A stretch of 64,000 bases of DNA from a virus: positions 53,582-117,581 of IMG/VR virus record IMGVR_UViG_3300021963_000047. The stretch is one strand, 5' to 3'. Positions 1-10,549 of the stretch are shown here, one piece after another. Within the stretch, counting starts at the first letter, position 1. Each line of letters starts with the position of its first letter. The notes under the pieces are model-generated. The model was not told where the DNA came from. It saw only the letters and a list, made by a program, of their open reading frames with translations, and did not search any database. Both the position numbers and the translations under genes were made by a program.

Positions 1-2
1 TT

Positions 3-2735
3 ATTATTGGCAATACTTCTGTTTTCAGTTCTGTAAATTCTTATTATATTAAATCATATGCGAATGGCGATATTACATCCAGTAATGGTGTAACAATCAG
101 TGGTAATTTCTTACAGAATGAAGGTCATCCTACTTCACAAACAAGTTTAGGATCTGCAATTGCTCTCGGTACTCCAGGATGGAATGGACCCGGCGGCGCT
201 TCGAATTTTGCTCCACAAGGTAGCGCATACGCAGTTGTAGCAAATCTGTTTTTTGTAAACACTTCATTCATGCAAATGGGTAATAGTAGTGTTTACTTTA
301 ATATGACACCAAGATCATTGACGATGGGAAACACTGTTGTCAATTCTAGTGCTTTAACTGTAAGATCTATTGTGGCGAATGGTTCTCTAGGAACTGCTGG
401 TCAAGTACTTGCTACAAATGGAACAGCAGTATATTGGACTGCAGATCAAGGTGCCAACGCAATCACTGCGAACAGTCTGACAGCAAATGCTATTGCTATT
501 ACAACTGGCACATTGACTATCGGCAATAGTACAGTTAATACAGATATTGGTAATAACTATGTCAGTGTTGGTAATTCTACAAGTTATGCGAATATATACA
601 GCACATATATTCGCGTTGGTAACACTTCTGTTTTCAGCACTATAAACTCTTCAGCTTTAAGTATAAAATCTATTGTTGCTAACGGTTCTGTTGGAACTGC
701 TGGTTATGTGTTATCAACAAATGGAACTGGCATATATTGGTCTCCTGCAGGTTCAGGCACTGTAACTATAACAAATAATACACCATCAAATATAAAAAAT
801 ATAGTTAATACAAGTGTTAGTACAACACAAACAGTGGTGGATACAGCCAATGCAACTGGCATTTCAACAATAGAATATCTAATTTCTGCAAGAGATAATA
901 CTAATTCAAACTATAAATCTTCTCGTGTATTAATAACAACTGATGGAACAACATCATATGTAACAGAATATGGAATTGTTTTAAGTAATAATTCTGCACA
1001 AGTATGTTCTTTCGACTCTGATATTAATACTGGAAATATTAGACTCCTTGCTACAGGTGACAGTGCCGATGTTGATGTAAGTCTACAGAGAGTTGTATTA
1101 GGTTCTGCGACTGAAGCTGGCGATATAGCAGCTACACCAATATTAGATAGTGTTACAAACACAGCTATTAATATTGCTGCTTCAGCAAACGCCGTTAAGA
1201 CTGCATATGATGTTGGTATAGCAGGTCAAATGGCCGGTGCAGCTGCATATACTAATGCAGTTTCATATGTAGATACAAAAATTGGTACAGCAAATAGTGC
1301 TATAACTGGAAATGCATCTGCTGCTTATACAAACGCTGTAGTATTTGCTGCAAATGCAAGTAATATAAATTCTGGTACTCTAGCAGAAGCAAGATTACCA
1401 TATAGAATGAATCAAAACATTCAAACAACCGATTCAGTACAATTCACAAGTGCTTCTATTGGTGGTACATTAGTTGCAAATACACAACAAATTACTGTCA
1501 ATAACATGGTTGTTGCTAATGGTTCTTTTGGAACTGCTGGTTATGTATTAACATCAGCAGGTCAAGGACTATCACCGTACTGGGCACAGGCAGCAGATGC
1601 AGGAGCAGCTTATACAAATGCAGTAGTATTTGCGGCAAATGCAAGTAATATAAATTCTGGTACTCTAGCAGAAGCAAGATTACCATATAGAATGAATCAA
1701 AACGTTCGTACCTCAGATACTGTCGAATTTAGTGGTCTTACACTAACAGGAAACTTAGTTGTTTCTGGTAATGTTAATATCATAGGTGCAAACAATTTAT
1801 CTATTTCAGATAATATGATTTATTTGAATTCTAATAATGATGTATCAAATCCTGATCTAGGCTTTGCTGGTAATTATAATGATGGTACATATCATCATGC
1901 TGGTTTCTTTAGAGATGCTTCTGATGGTATATGGAAAGTATTTGACAACTATGATCCTGAACCAGATGCATCAGCATTTATAGATACATCTAATGCATCG
2001 TTTAGTTTAGCAAACTTTCAAGCTAATACACTTTACTTAGGCAACACAACAACTAACTGGGTCGTTGCGAATAGTAGTGTTGTAGTTTCTACAGGTACTG
2101 TAAAAGGCGCAATACTTCAATCTACACAATCATCTGGCGATGAAGGTGGTCAGATCGATCTTGCTCTTGCTGCTAATAATACAACACTGACTGGTGGCAT
2201 TGCAATCGATGTCTATCAAAATAGACTTCGTATTTTTGAAACTGGTGGATCAAATCGTGGCGCATATATTGATCTTTCAGCCGCATCTACCGGAGTAGGC
2301 TCAAATCTTCTTGCCGGTGGAGGTGGCGGCGGTGGATTTACTAATGGTCAATCTATTAGCGTAAATAACTTTGTTATTACTGGAGTTATGACTGCTAATA
2401 GTTCTAATGGAACTTCTGGTCAAGTTTTAACTTCAAATGGTAGTGGAGTTTATTGGTCTTCTTCTATAACTTCTGCTACAACACAATCATTTACTGGCAA
2501 TGGTTCTAATACACAATTTACTTTAGCAACTGCTGTATCTGACAATAATGTTTTAGTTACATTAGACGGTTTAGTTCAAATACCAATAACACATTATAGT
2601 ATTTCTGGTACAACTATTAGTTTCGTATTGGCTCCCCCAAATTCTACAAAAATAGAAGTTAGAACTATGCCAGCAGGTATAACCGGTATATCAACAGGCA
2701 AATCTATCGCTATGGCATTAGTATTCGGAGGATAA
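3..2735 (+). CDS. Tail fibre / long virion fibre protein, 5'-truncated by the window edge
   Basis: The frame is open from nt 3 (IIGNTSVFSSV...) into the 270..2735 ORF. It is S/T/N/G/A-rich, with repeated fibre motifs ANGSxGTAGxVLxxNGxxxYW, an internal 32-aa duplication and a C-terminal FTGNGSNTQFTL...VLVTLDGLVQ module typical of T4-like phage fibres. Confidence 0.8.
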   Translation: MIGNTSVFSSVNSYYIKSYANGDITSSNGVTISGNFLQNEGHPTSQTSLGSAIALGTPGWNGPGGASNFAPQGSAYAVVANLFFVNTSFMQMGNSSVYFNMTPRSLTMGNTVVNSSALTVRSIVANGSLGTAGQVLATNGTAVYWTADQGANAITANSLTANAIAITTGTLTIGNSTVNTDIGNNYVSVGNSTSYANIYSTYIRVGNTSVFSTINSSALSIKSIVANGSVGTAGYVLSTNGTGIYWSPAGSGTVTITNNTPSNIKNIVNTSVSTTQTVVDTANATGISTIEYLISARDNTNSNYKSSRVLITTDGTTSYVTEYGIVLSNNSAQVCSFDSDINTGNIRLLATGDSADVDVSLQRVVLGSATEAGDIAATPILDSVTNTAINIAASANAVKTAYDVGIAGQMAGAAAYTNAVSYVDTKIGTANSAITGNASAAYTNAVVFAANASNINSGTLAEARLPYRMNQNIQTTDSVQFTSASIGGTLVANTQQITVNNMVVANGSFGTAGYVLTSAGQGLSPYWAQAADAGAAYTNAVVFAANASNINSGTLAEARLPYRMNQNVRTSDTVEFSGLTLTGNLVVSGNVNIIGANNLSISDNMIYLNSNNDVSNPDLGFAGNYNDGTYHHAGFFRDASDGIWKVFDNYDPEPDASAFIDTSNASFSLANFQANTLYLGNTTTNWVVANSSVVVSTGTVKGAILQSTQSSGDEGGQIDLALAANNTTLTGGIAIDVYQNRLRIFETGGSNRGAYIDLSAASTGVGSNLLAGGGGGGGFTNGQSISVNNFVITGVMTANSSNGTSGQVLTSNGSGVYWSSSITSATTQSFTGNGSNTQFTLATAVSDNNVLVTLDGLVQIPITHYSISGTTISFVLAPPNSTKIEVRTMPAGITGISTGKSIAMALVFGG
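1323..1703 (+). repeat. 96-bp near-identical direct repeat (1323-1418 and 1608-1703) inside the fibre gene
   Basis: Both copies encode AYTNAVVFAANASNINSGTLAEARLPYRMNQN. By eye they differ at only 3 synonymous positions. Confidence 0.9.
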
Positions 2736-2761
2736 ATGACTAATCTTAATATAGGCAAAAA

Positions 2762-4276
2762 ATGACTTATCAAAAAATAAAACCCGAATTCATAGATATT
2801 AGTCTTGCTTCTACGGGACAGACTTTAGTATCAAATGGTACTTCTATGACATTTAGTGATATAAAACCTACATTTACAGCTATTGCATCAGGCACATTAA
2901 ATAATGGTGACAAAGTCATTATTAATTCAAATGGAACAGTAAGCGCTGTAACTTTTAGTGCAACTACTTCTGTATCTTCCGGAGCAGAAGCAGTTGCAGC
3001 TTTAGTTCAAAGTAGTTTTATTAGTTGTGGGTATGATAACGTAAATAGTAAAATATGCTTAGTATATAGAAATACTAACAGCACTACTACACAATATGTT
3101 ATTGGCACTGTTTCTGGATCAACGATAACATTTGGAACACCTGGTACTCTTTATGCTGGTGCTGTTTCATCGCGAATACATGTTGAATTTGAACCAGTAA
3201 ATCAGAAATTATTAATATTTTATGGAGATCCAGGGAACAGCAATTATGCTACTGTTCAAATTGGTACAGTTTCAGGTACTACTGTCACTTTTGCAACTCC
3301 AGTAGTTGTTTCACCTGCACCAGCGTTTTATTGTGTTGCTAGATATAGCAGTGTTAGTAACACTACAGTTTTTTTCTACACAGCATACAATCAATTACAT
3401 GTAAAGAGTGGTTCACTTTTAGGCAATACTTATACATTTGGTGCTCAAACTGCATTTACAACATCAAATATGGATAACCTTGATGCTGCATATGATAACA
3501 CTACTGGCAGATGGATAGTTGTAGGTCAATATGCTGGTGTTGGAAGATCAGTAATTGTATCAGTTACTGGAACTACTATTAATTATATAAGTGCTGCTTC
3601 AACTTTTGCTAACTCAGGCATTGATACAAATGGTTATAGATCTACGCAAGTTGAATATGATTCAACACAACAAAAAGTTATAGTATGTTATAAAACTTCT
3701 GGTTCACAAATCAAATCTAATATTGGAACAGTTGCTGGAAATACTATTTCTTATAATACAGTAGTAACACAAAATGCTGCTACTATCGACTATTTTGGTA
3801 TGGCATATGAAAGTACAACCGGTAAACCTGTTTTAGCAATTGTTAAATCTAGTGCACTATACATATCTGTCGGGACTGTAGCGAGCAATACTATAACTTT
3901 TTCTTCAGATGCTAATACAGGTACGATATTTTCTTCACAAGAAGGTATCTATGCAGTCGATGCTCCAACTCCTGGAAAAATTATTTGTGCTTATCCTAAT
4001 GGATCACTTTATATCTCTGCTAAAGTTGTAAATACATTCACTGGTTCTACAAATTTAACAAATACAAATTATATTGGTATTTCTGATGCAGCTTATACAA
4101 ATGGTCAAACGGCAACAGTACAAATTGCGGGAGCAGTAGATGATGCACAATCAGGATTAACACCAGGAACTCAATATTATATTCAAAAAAATGGTACTCT
4201 TGGAACTACAGCAGACACACCATCAGTAATTGCTGGTACTGCTGTAGCAACAACAAAAATAATAGTCAAAGGATAA
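2762..4276 (+). CDS. Virion structural/adhesin protein with internal beta-propeller-like repeats
   Basis: At least six repeats of about 47 aa ending in (I/V)GTV(S/A)G(T/N)T(I/V)TF. Flanked by AIASGTLNNGDKV and YIGIS...SGLTPGTQYY segments often seen in phage fibre proteins. Confidence 0.6.
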   Translation: MTYQKIKPEFIDISLASTGQTLVSNGTSMTFSDIKPTFTAIASGTLNNGDKVIINSNGTVSAVTFSATTSVSSGAEAVAALVQSSFISCGYDNVNSKICLVYRNTNSTTTQYVIGTVSGSTITFGTPGTLYAGAVSSRIHVEFEPVNQKLLIFYGDPGNSNYATVQIGTVSGTTVTFATPVVVSPAPAFYCVARYSSVSNTTVFFYTAYNQLHVKSGSLLGNTYTFGAQTAFTTSNMDNLDAAYDNTTGRWIVVGQYAGVGRSVIVSVTGTTINYISAASTFANSGIDTNGYRSTQVEYDSTQQKVIVCYKTSGSQIKSNIGTVAGNTISYNTVVTQNAATIDYFGMAYESTTGKPVLAIVKSSALYISVGTVASNTITFSSDANTGTIFSSQEGIYAVDAPTPGKIICAYPNGSLYISAKVVNTFTGSTNLTNTNYIGISDAAYTNGQTATVQIAGAVDDAQSGLTPGTQYYIQKNGTLGTTADTPSVIAGTAVATTKIIVKG

Positions 4277-4291
4277 TTTTCGGAGCATAAA

Positions 4292-4648
4292 ATGGCTAAT
4301 CCTAATATAGTGAATGTTACTACAATATATGGTAATACTGCAACTCTTGCAGTATCTTCTACTACTACAAACGTAGTAAGTAATCCAACGAGTTCTGGTA
4401 ACATTTATAAAATAAATCTTTTAACAGTTGCAAATTATTCAACTAATAGTTATGCTGTAACTGCCGAACTAAATGTTGCTGGAGCAAATACTAATATAGT
4501 TAAGAATATAGTAATACCTGCAAATTCTTCTTTAGCGATTATAGGTAAAGATACAGCCATGTATCTTTTAGAGAATAGTTCAATTCAACTTTCGACGACA
4601 CAAAATTCTGCATTTCACGCTATTTGTAGTTGGGAGCAAATAAGCTAA
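4292..4648 (+). CDS. Small virion structural protein (fibre-associated)
   Basis: GGAG RBS; beta-rich 118 aa (MANPNIVNVTTIYG...SWEQIS); TAATG coupling to the next gene. Confidence 0.6.
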   Translation: MANPNIVNVTTIYGNTATLAVSSTTTNVVSNPTSSGNIYKINLLTVANYSTNSYAVTAELNVAGANTNIVKNIVIPANSSLAIIGKDTAMYLLENSSIQLSTTQNSAFHAICSWEQIS

Positions 4649-7377
4649 TGCCAAGAATTAGACCAGAAGGTGGGTTATCAGGAACTTATCAAACACCAAA
4701 TACCACTATTGCTAGTGGTATGTGGACTATGCGTGATTTAGATAGAAATCTAAGAGCAGGATCATGGCCAATAGATTCAAATCAATCAGATCCTTATTTT
4801 AAATATAACGTTCTTTTAACACATTTTAATGGATCTGATAATACGAATAATAATCTTATTAAAGATTCAGTAAGTACAAATGAAGTTTCAAGACTTCCAT
4901 TCGAAAATACTTTTGGTGCATATTTTCCAGGAACATTAGGTTATAAGACTCCCGCAAATGGTAACTTCACTTTAACTGGTGATTTTACTATGGAAATGTA
5001 TGTATATTTTTCGGGATCTCCGACCGACGTTTCACTATTTAATAACTACACTTCTGCAAACGGCAGTACAGAATTTACTATAGAAGTAAGTGCTGCTAAT
5101 AAATTTGCAGTTTTTCTTAATGGATTGAGTTCAGTAAGAATTACTGGTACTACGACTGTAACTACCGGTGTTTGGTATCATGTTGCTCTTGTAAGATCTG
5201 CTGGTGTTAATAAACTATATGTAAATGGCGTTCAAGAAGGATCATCATATTCTTTCGCTGGAACAATTGGAACAGGCAACGCGTATTATATTGCGCAATA
5301 TAATAATGCAGCTAGATTAACTGGCAATTTATCAAATTTAAGAGTTACTAATACTGCAGTATATACTTCTAACTTTACACCGCCAACAACAACATTAACA
5401 GCGATAAGTGGTACACAACTTTTAGTTGCAACTACAACAACATTTATTGATAGTTCACCAAATGCTTTAACATTAACATTATCAGGAACTGGTTCTTTAA
5501 CTATAAATCCGGCTTTTTTAACTTTGACCGGAGCTCCTGGTCAAGGAACATTTAGTCCTTATTCTACGCCAAACGGTTATTGGTCTTCATTTTTTGATGG
5601 GGCAGGATTTCTTAATATTCCAGCAAATGCCAATTATTTGATTGGAACACAAGATTTCACTTTAGAATGCTGGATATATGCAAAAGCTGGAGCAGCGACA
5701 CAAGGCATTATTACTTCTCATCAAACAGGTGGAATGCTTCAATTTTATTTGAATACAAACGGAACATTATATGTTGCAGTTAATAATAATGGTGGAACAA
5801 CTACAACATATACTACTATGTCAACTACTTCTACCATAAATCAAACTGATTGGAATCATATTGCGTTGGTAAGGAGTGGCACTGAAGTAGCTGTCTATAT
5901 CAATGGCGTTAAAGATGCTACAACTATAACACTTTCTGCTGGAACAAATATAGGAAGTTATGGTGGTAACAAACCAATATATATTGCAGCTGGTGCAGAT
6001 CAAGCCGGCAAATTTACAGGTATAATATCTAACGTTAGATACGTAGTCGGCAACGCAGTATATACTGCAAATTTTACGCCATCTACAACACCTCTGACTG
6101 CAATTACTAACACAAAACTATTAACGTGTCAAAGCAATAGATTTGTAGATAATTCTAGCTATGCTTCAAATATAACCGTCACCGCTTCTTCATTATTATC
6201 ACCGTTTTCACCGTTTGCATACACTACAGCATATTCTGCTAATACACACGGTGGAAGTATTTCATTTAATGGTACTAATGAATATGGTAGAATTACGAGT
6301 GCTATCAATGAATTAGGATTTGGAACTGCTGATTTTACTGTAGAATATTGGGTTTATCTTTACAATGTTGGTGCAGGCTTTATGTTTGATACAAGAACAT
6401 CTGGTGGCGGTGCTGCACAAACAAAAGTCTTAATGTCAGCAAATAATACAAATATAGTTGCATATGTTGGTTCAACACAAATAATTGCTTCAACTACTCC
6501 AACTTCTGTTGTCACAGGTCAATGGTTACATATAGCCCTTGTAAGATCGAGTGCTGTGACAAGAATGTATGTTAATGGTGTCCAACAATCTACGACTTAT
6601 TCAGATACCAATAATTATGGTGCCAATAGTCAGTTATCTTTGGGTACAGTCGGCGATAGTCCTGGATATGCTGCAACATTCTTAAGAGGATATATTTCGG
6701 ATTTTAGAGTTACAAAAAGAGCTGTATATACTTCTGCATTTACTCCACCATCAGAACCACTTTCTGCAGTTGCTAATACAACACTATTAATAACAGGAAG
6801 AGGTGGTAATGTTATTGATAATAGCAGACATCATACATTAAGTACAGTTAATAATGCTGTGATATCTACTACACAAAGCAAATTTGGAAACAGTAGCATT
6901 TATTTAAATGGCACTACATCTACATATTTAAAATCTCCAACTATTAATAGTAGTAGTTGGTTTAGAACTGGTGACTTTACAGTTGAAGCATGGGTTTATT
7001 TTTCAAGTATCGGTGCAGCCAGCCAACAGATATTATCTATTGTTGGCACATCGACATTTTCATTACTAGCCAATTCTACAAATATACAAGTTGCCAGTGG
7101 AAACTTTGCTACAACTTTCAATTCTGGTCAATGGTATCATATAGCGGTATCAAGACAAGGAAGTATCTGTAGAGTATTCAAAGATGGAGCTTATTTAGGG
7201 GCCAACTCTACTCATAGTTTTGACTATTATGGTTTTGGTACGTTGGCTATTGGAGCGACAACGAGCGGAACGAACTTGTTAAATGGTTATATTGATGAAA
7301 TGAGAATATCAAAATATGCTCGATATACATCAAATTCAGGATTTACTGTACCTAATAGTGAATTTAAAGACTTATAA
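4648..7377 (+). CDS. Concanavalin A-like lectin/glucanase (LamG) repeat protein with four domains; probable receptor-binding protein
   Basis: Four copies of DFTxExWxY...W(Y/N/L)H(V/I)A(L/V)xR...(Y/F)x(N/D)G...G(N/I/Y)(L/I)x(N/D/E)xR. The ATG at 4648 overlaps the previous stop (TAATG). Confidence 0.85.
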   Translation: MPRIRPEGGLSGTYQTPNTTIASGMWTMRDLDRNLRAGSWPIDSNQSDPYFKYNVLLTHFNGSDNTNNNLIKDSVSTNEVSRLPFENTFGAYFPGTLGYKTPANGNFTLTGDFTMEMYVYFSGSPTDVSLFNNYTSANGSTEFTIEVSAANKFAVFLNGLSSVRITGTTTVTTGVWYHVALVRSAGVNKLYVNGVQEGSSYSFAGTIGTGNAYYIAQYNNAARLTGNLSNLRVTNTAVYTSNFTPPTTTLTAISGTQLLVATTTTFIDSSPNALTLTLSGTGSLTINPAFLTLTGAPGQGTFSPYSTPNGYWSSFFDGAGFLNIPANANYLIGTQDFTLECWIYAKAGAATQGIITSHQTGGMLQFYLNTNGTLYVAVNNNGGTTTTYTTMSTTSTINQTDWNHIALVRSGTEVAVYINGVKDATTITLSAGTNIGSYGGNKPIYIAAGADQAGKFTGIISNVRYVVGNAVYTANFTPSTTPLTAITNTKLLTCQSNRFVDNSSYASNITVTASSLLSPFSPFAYTTAYSANTHGGSISFNGTNEYGRITSAINELGFGTADFTVEYWVYLYNVGAGFMFDTRTSGGGAAQTKVLMSANNTNIVAYVGSTQIIASTTPTSVVTGQWLHIALVRSSAVTRMYVNGVQQSTTYSDTNNYGANSQLSLGTVGDSPGYAATFLRGYISDFRVTKRAVYTSAFTPPSEPLSAVANTTLLITGRGGNVIDNSRHHTLSTVNNAVISTTQSKFGNSSIYLNGTTSTYLKSPTINSSSWFRTGDFTVEAWVYFSSIGAASQQILSIVGTSTFSLLANSTNIQVASGNFATTFNSGQWYHIAVSRQGSICRVFKDGAYLGANSTHSFDYYGFGTLAIGATTSGTNLLNGYIDEMRISKYARYTSNSGFTVPNSEFKDL

Positions 7378-7433
7378 AATATAAAAAGAAAATAGAGAGC
7401 ATCAGCAGATAGATAATAAATTGGTTTTATATT

Positions 7434-8267
7434 ATGGATATTAATGAAGTTAATAAGATTAAATCTACTATAAAAGATAATGTAAATACACAACTATTTA
7501 AAAAACCATTTATCGTATTAAATACATATGGTAAAGATAACGGATCTATAAGATATAAAGATTATGGAAAAGATCCAATCTGTACACATTTAATTCAAAT
7601 GTTTAATTATGAAGGTATTAATATTGAATATAAATTCAATGAGTTTGGTTTAAGAGGACCGTCTTTAAAAAACAAAAATAAAAAAATACTTTTTGCTGGA
7701 GGTAGTTTTTGTTTTGGAACTGGTGTAAATGTTGAGCAAACTTTTCCATATATTATATCAGAACAACTAGATGCAGACTATCTAAATTTGAGTGATGTTG
7801 ATTCTCTTAGTGAATTAATTCCCATATTAAAAGATATAAAAGAAAAATTTAAACCAGATTATTTTATTCTATCTGATACTAGGTTTATCACAGAAATCGG
7901 TTGGCTTAGACTCTATATATTGGATAGATTTCCAAAACAAAATGAACAAAAACTAGGATGGGAAGCTATAGCCGATAATACCATATTATCAAATGGTGAC
8001 ATTAGAAGATTTGCGCAGCATCTATTTGAAAAGACAGACGATGATACATTATTAATGTTTGAAGCTTTTTGTAAAGATCTTTTTGATATTCCTATGATAT
8101 TTGTTTATTTTAATAGAAAAAGCTTTGCAAATAAAACTATTGATTTTAAATATTTTAAACAAATAAAATTAGAAGCTAAAGACGTAGTAGATATATCACG
8201 AGATAATAATCATCCAGGTCCATTAACACACAAGATGGTGGCTGATAAAATACTTAAACTTCTATAA
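7434..8267 (+). CDS. SGNH/GDSL-like protein (putative acyl esterase/transferase)
   Basis: FNEFGLRG...FAGGSFCFGTGV (block I-like) and a C-terminal DNNHPG (DxxH) motif. Confidence 0.5.
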   Translation: MDINEVNKIKSTIKDNVNTQLFKKPFIVLNTYGKDNGSIRYKDYGKDPICTHLIQMFNYEGINIEYKFNEFGLRGPSLKNKNKKILFAGGSFCFGTGVNVEQTFPYIISEQLDADYLNLSDVDSLSELIPILKDIKEKFKPDYFILSDTRFITEIGWLRLYILDRFPKQNEQKLGWEAIADNTILSNGDIRRFAQHLFEKTDDDTLLMFEAFCKDLFDIPMIFVYFNRKSFANKTIDFKYFKQIKLEAKDVVDISRDNNHPGPLTHKMVADKILKLL

Positions 8268-9225
8268 TAAGATCTTTACTACCATTCTTAATTAATTCTT
8301 CTGTTTTTTCTGTTACAAAACCAGTCACTTGTAATGTAAATCTTGGTGTATATCCGAAGTTTGCAGTTCCATGTGGCATGTTACACCAATCATATACTAA
8401 ACATTCTCCAGCATCATATTGATGATAGTAAGTATTGCCAAATTGCCATACGTGGCCATAATCCCAATCATTCAATGCTATTAATAGTCTTCTAAGTTTG
8501 AGCGGGTTCTTATCTGCACCAGCTGCTTTCCATCTATCTCTCCAGTGTGGTCTAGCATATCGCATTTGTTGATCAATATGAAATGGTGTAACTTGTCCTA
8601 ATAATTGGATATGAATCCTCATCTGATGTACATCAAAGCCTATAGCTTCTGCCATTCTATGAAAAACTAAGTAATCTTCATGATGATTATTTTTCCAATC
8701 TTCTTTACCATCTTTATCAAAACCAACAAGAGAAACTAAAGAATCATTATACATACAAGATATGTCTTCTTGTCTAGAAGCACGTTTTATATCCAGTAAT
8801 TCTCCTTCATGAAGATCTTTATCTTGTTGTGACAAATTTCTAGGTCTGTAGTTGCCTATAGTTTGTTCTTTACAATCATTTAAAGCTTTCTCTAGTCCTT
8901 TAGACCAATCACCTTTAAACTTACACATGATCTTAAATGTTTCTTCATTTGGATCTGCTTTAGTATTAAAGTGCCAGTTTGATCTTAACTTATTATGATG
9001 CCATCTAGAAGGTATACCATCAACAGTAAAGACATTCATGTTAGATTCAGAATGTTTCTTTAGTTGCTCATCAGAATACATATCTTCTTGATACTGTGAA
9101 TCTTCAATGTTTACACCAGCTTGAAGCTCAGGCACTTTTTCTGGCATATACTCAGATATATTTTGTTTTGAATTCCAATTATATCCTTGATTCTTTATCA
9201 TTTTGCTTGTATCATACGTGGTCAT
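8254..9225 (-). CDS. Fe(II)/2OG-dependent (Asp/Asn beta-hydroxylase-like) cupin oxygenase
   Basis: HxD motif (PFHIDQ), distal His in PHGTANFG and an RFTLQVTG end. Paralog of 19498..20301. Confidence 0.65.
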   Translation of the reverse strand: MTTYDTSKMIKNQGYNWNSKQNISEYMPEKVPELQAGVNIEDSQYQEDMYSDEQLKKHSESNMNVFTVDGIPSRWHHNKLRSNWHFNTKADPNEETFKIMCKFKGDWSKGLEKALNDCKEQTIGNYRPRNLSQQDKDLHEGELLDIKRASRQEDISCMYNDSLVSLVGFDKDGKEDWKNNHHEDYLVFHRMAEAIGFDVHQMRIHIQLLGQVTPFHIDQQMRYARPHWRDRWKAAGADKNPLKLRRLLIALNDWDYGHVWQFGNTYYHQYDAGECLVYDWCNMPHGTANFGYTPRFTLQVTGFVTEKTEELIKNGSKDLIIEV

Positions 9226-9749
9226 TTGTTTCCTGGCCCTTCACCCCTGACTGAATATTGTATTTTTGATATTAACCAATCATATGATTTTTCATCAGAA
9301 ACATCTATATCTACCGCATAATGTACTGTAGAATCTCTAAAACAAAAACTGTAATGACATAAATTTGAATTTATTATCATCCATTGGTTTTGTCTAAAGT
9401 GTTGAATCTTTCCGTCAATAATATATGTACAATCTTCTGGATGTGTAAAATTTGGATGACAATTCAATCTAATATATTTTCTTTGATATTTCTCAAGTAT
9501 TAAATCCCTGTGTGGTAAAAAGAAACTACCACGATTTAATTCTATCCTGACCGGTTTGTTAGTTATAACATACTCAGGAATATTCCATGTTTCTGGTGGT
9601 CTTTTATAATGCCAAACAAGCTTATTACCTATCTGATTTTCATACTTTTTTTGTTCTACAAGATCAGAATGTATCATTTCGTGTGGAGCATACAGATCTA
9701 ATCCTATAACATTTCCATATAATGAAAATATCTCAGTTGTAGAAAGCAT
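9222..9749 (-). CDS. Asp/Asn beta-hydroxylase-like cupin oxygenase
   Basis: GSFFLPHRD (HxD) and NSNLCHYSF (distal His). Similar to the adjacent 9750..10331. Confidence 0.6.
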   Translation of the reverse strand: MLSTTEIFSLYGNVIGLDLYAPHEMIHSDLVEQKKYENQIGNKLVWHYKRPPETWNIPEYVITNKPVRIELNRGSFFLPHRDLILEKYQRKYIRLNCHPNFTHPEDCTYIIDGKIQHFRQNQWMIINSNLCHYSFCFRDSTVHYAVDIDVSDEKSYDWLISKIQYSVRGEGPGNK

Positions 9750-10331
9750 TTAGTATTCCTTACAATTTGGTAATAAGTTAGATATAGCTTTCATATTCTT
9801 TTCTGTAATATAGACACTCATTAAAACATGATAGATATCATCTGTAAAAGAAAATGATCCATGTACTTTTCTAGTATTAAGGATATAAGGAACTCCAGCT
9901 TTAAATTTTACCAATTTATCATCATAGATAAAGCACCATTCGTGTGTTTCAACTTTATTTAGAGGTATAAAAATTCTAAATTGTGGGTTTAATCCATACG
10001 CATCTCTATGCATCTTAAAATAAGAACCAGTATCTATCTTAACTGCCCGACATCTAGCTAAGTTTTCCCACTTATCAAAAAACTTTTTGATACTAGGACA
10101 ATCTAATAAATTTTGATTGTATGATTGATCTTGTTCATGCTTATTTTTATTTTCTAAACCAAGATCATCAATCGGTCCAGTAAGATTGATGGCACTTTTA
10201 CCATGCGTAGCAGGTATCCATGTATTTAAAGCTTGTAATTCTTCTATAGTATTATTATCAAACTTATAATCAAGTTCAATTATATCACCGTAAGCACTTA
10301 GTACACTTAACATACTTAATACTTCTGTCAT
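9750..10331 (-). CDS. Asp/Asn beta-hydroxylase-like cupin oxygenase
   Basis: GSYFKMHRD...FRIFIPL...YILNTRKVHGSFS. Confidence 0.65.
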   Translation of the reverse strand: MTEVLSMLSVLSAYGDIIELDYKFDNNTIEELQALNTWIPATHGKSAINLTGPIDDLGLENKNKHEQDQSYNQNLLDCPSIKKFFDKWENLARCRAVKIDTGSYFKMHRDAYGLNPQFRIFIPLNKVETHEWCFIYDDKLVKFKAGVPYILNTRKVHGSFSFTDDIYHVLMSVYITEKNMKAISNLLPNCKEY

Positions 10332-10549
10332 AATAAATCCTTTTTATGATGCTTAAATCTCTTGATCTCATTATAGATCTTCACGACAGTTTTAGGACCA
10401 TCTGAGATGTACCAACATGGAAATATTCCGTGAATATAAGATTTTAATGCAGCTTTAATAAGCCTATTACTTTGCATAAAAGAATGTTTTAAATGTTTCC
10501 AATAAGACCAGCCGGTGTCTTTTAAGTGTTGTTTTGATTCTTCAATCAT
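10328..10549 (-). CDS. Small hypothetical protein (DUF6356-like)
   Basis: HLxxxGxSYxxH...IHGIFP pattern; ATGA overlap with the downstream gene. Confidence 0.5.
   Translation of the reverse strand: MIEESKQHLKDTGWSYWKHLKHSFMQSNRLIKAALKSYIHGIFPCWYISDGPKTVVKIYNEIKRFKHHKKDLL

Noticed and set aside
1323-1703. 96-bp repeat pair as a DGR template/variable repeat
   Set aside because: Both copies are coding in the same ORF, the differences are synonymous and not adenine-specific, and no RT is seen.
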